Below, piece by piece: positions 32,588 through 34,300 of a stretch of DNA of 34,300 nucleotides. Each line of letters starts with the position of its first letter. Position 1 is the first letter of the stretch. The stretch comes from Sodaliphilus sp. GTDB lineage: Bacteria; Bacteroidota; Bacteroidia; Bacteroidales; Muribaculaceae. The stretch spans positions 1 to 34,300 of the forward strand of contig DAIREJ010000003.1 of the NCBI GenBank assembly GCA_036795635.1, written 5' to 3'. A model generated the notes under the pieces. The model was not told where the DNA came from. It saw only the letters and a program-made list of their open reading frames with translations, and did not search any database. Both the position numbers and the translations under genes were made by a program.

Positions 32588-34300
32588 CTAAAGACTCTCA
32601 AGATGGGTGATGGTGCGCAGGATGGTCAAGGCAGCGCTCACGCTCCTCACATCATCGATGATAATGCTGCGACGGCCGTTTTTCTGGTTCAGATGGCAAC
32701 GCTTAGGATTGCCGTACACATAGTTCAGCAGGCGACCGAAGGCTGGTGACTGGTAATAAGCCTTGTTCTCCTCGCCCACGAGCAACAGGTGCATGCGCGT
32801 CTGTCTGATGACAAGTTTCTCAATGCCCAAACGTCGAGCCGTGCGCCGCAATGGCACGATGCGGATGAGTTCGCTGGCCATCGTGGGAATCTTGCCAAAG
32901 CGGTCCACCATGCGTTGCTCAAAGGCCTCGACCTGATCGTCGGTCTCCATGTTGTCCAACTCACGGTACAGGGTGATGCGCTCATTCTCTTGAGGGACAT
33001 AACTGGCCGGGAACATCAGTTCCAGGTCGGTGTCCACGGTACAATCGTTGACAAACTCTGGACCTTCCTGCTGCTGGTTGTCATCGCCACCTTCGGCAAC
33101 GAACATCGAGGCGAACTCCTCGGTACGCAGTTCGGTGACGGCCTCCTTGAGCACACGCTGATAGGTCTCATAGCCCAGATCGGCGATGAAACCGCTCTGC
33201 TCGGCACCCAGCAGATTGCCCGCGCCGCGGATGTCCAAATCCTGCATCGCAATCTGGATGCCGGCGCCCAAGTCGCTCAAACTCTCAATGGCCTGCAGAC
33301 GACGGCGTGCATCGGTGCTCAACGGCTTGCCAGGCGGAACAAGCAGGTAGCAGAAGGCTTTGCGGTTGCTGCGCCCCACCCTGCCTCGCAGCTGGTGCAG
33401 GTCGCTCAAACCGTAGCGGTCGGCATTGTTGATGATGATGGTGTTGACATTAGGCATGTCGATACCGTTCTCGATGATGGTGGTCGCCAGCAACACGTCA
33501 TAGTCATGGTTGCCGAAGTCGATGATGGTCTGTTCCAACCGTTCGGGAGGCATCTGGCCATGACCCACAGCCACACGAGCGTCAGGCACCACGCGGTGAA
33601 TCATGTTCTCCAACTGCTCCAACTGCTCAATGCGGTGGTTCACAAAGAAGACCTGCCCGTTGCGTGAGAGCTCAAAGTTGATGGCTTCGGCAACAATGTC
33701 GTCGTTGAGGGTCGAAACGGTCGTCAGGATGGGATAGCGGTTGGCGGGAGGTGTCGTCAGCGTGCTCAAGTCACGGGCACCCATCAGCGAGAACTGCAAG
33801 GTGCGCGGGATGGGGGTGGCGCTCATCGTGAGCGTGTCCACATTGAGTTTCATCTGCTTGAGCTTGTCTTTGACGGCAACACCGAACTTCTGCTCCTCAT
33901 CCACCACCAGCAAGCCCAGATCATGGAACTGAACGGTCTTGCCGATGAGTTTGTGAGTACCGATGATGATGTCTATTTTTCCCTCCTTGAGGTCGGCAAG
34001 CACCTGCTTCACCTCTTTGGGTTTGCGGGCACGGCTCAGGTAGTCCACCCTGACGGGGTAATCCTGCAAGCGCTCGCTGAAGGTGCGCCAGTGCTGGAAC
34101 GCCAGCACGGTAGTCGGCACGAGCACGGCGGTCTGCTTGCCGTCGGTAGCGGCCTTGAAAGCGGCACGCACGGCAATCTCGGTCTTGCCGAAGCCCACAT
34201 CGCCACAGATGAGGCGGTCCATCGGCTTGTCGCTCTCCATGTCGGCCTTGACGGCCTGTGTCGCCGTCAGCTGGTCGGGCGTGTCCTCATAGATGAACGA
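32588..34300 (-). CDS. mfd: Transcription-repair coupling factor (5' part outside window)
   Basis: Frame open to the window edge (SFIYEDTPDQ...); GDVGFGKT, DEEQKFG, SATPIPRT, QLRGRVGR, DLDIRGAGNLLG motifs and C-terminal TRCF domain. Confidence 0.98.
   Translation of the reverse strand, partial: SFIYEDTPDQLTATQAVKADMESDKPMDRLICGDVGFGKTEIAVRAAFKAATDGKQTAVLVPTTVLAFQHWRTFSERLQDYPVRVDYLSRARKPKEVKQVLADLKEGKIDIIIGTHKLIGKTVQFHDLGLLVVDEEQKFGVAVKDKLKQMKLNVDTLTMSATPIPRTLQFSLMGARDLSTLTTPPANRYPILTTVSTLNDDIVAEAINFELSRNGQVFFVNHRIEQLEQLENMIHRVVPDARVAVGHGQMPPERLEQTIIDFGNHDYDVLLATTIIENGIDMPNVNTIIINNADRYGLSDLHQLRGRVGRSNRKAFCYLLVPPGKPLSTDARRRLQAIESLSDLGAGIQIAMQDLDIRGAGNLLGAEQSGFIADLGYETYQRVLKEAVTELRTEEFASMFVAEGGDDNQQQEGPEFVNDCTVDTDLELMFPASYVPQENERITLYRELDNMETDDQVEAFEQRMVDRFGKIPTMASELIRIVPLRRTARRLGIEKLVIRQTRMHLLLVGEENKAYYQSPAFGRLLNYVYGNPKRCHLNQKNGRRSIIIDDVRSVSAALTILRTITHLESL

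Overview
A gene-dense chromosomal segment from a Bacteroidales organism. Evidence for the lineage: TAnnTTTG -7 promoters, no Shine-Dalgarno motifs, and the DUF4271-hemD-rnpA-yidD-tatD gene order; dockerin use hints at a Muribaculaceae/Sodaliphilus-like or Prevotella-like gut or rumen lineage (inference). About 32 CDS are present. Most are housekeeping or envelope genes: ABC ATPase, aminotransferase, LpxL-type acyltransferase, lpxB, folA, thyA, pldA, GH89, LOG, rnpA, yidD, TatD, Wzi-like, glycine-lipid acyltransferases and mfd. No rRNA, tRNA, CRISPR array or mobile element was recognised. Best candidates for something new: (1) a self-contained three-gene operon (9743-14399) for an exported long-TPR protein, an outer-membrane beta-barrel and an exported BspA-type LRR-caspase (C14) fusion with an intact His/Cys dyad; (2) an orphan HemD-like protein with a ~125-aa histone-H1-like Lys/Ala tail; (3) a Cthe_2159-like beta-helix protein paired with a small dockerin protein; (4) three direct repeats at exactly 21-bp period upstream of an OMP gene. 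All family calls come from motif recognition by eye; no searches were run. Several start codons were corrected relative to the ORF track.
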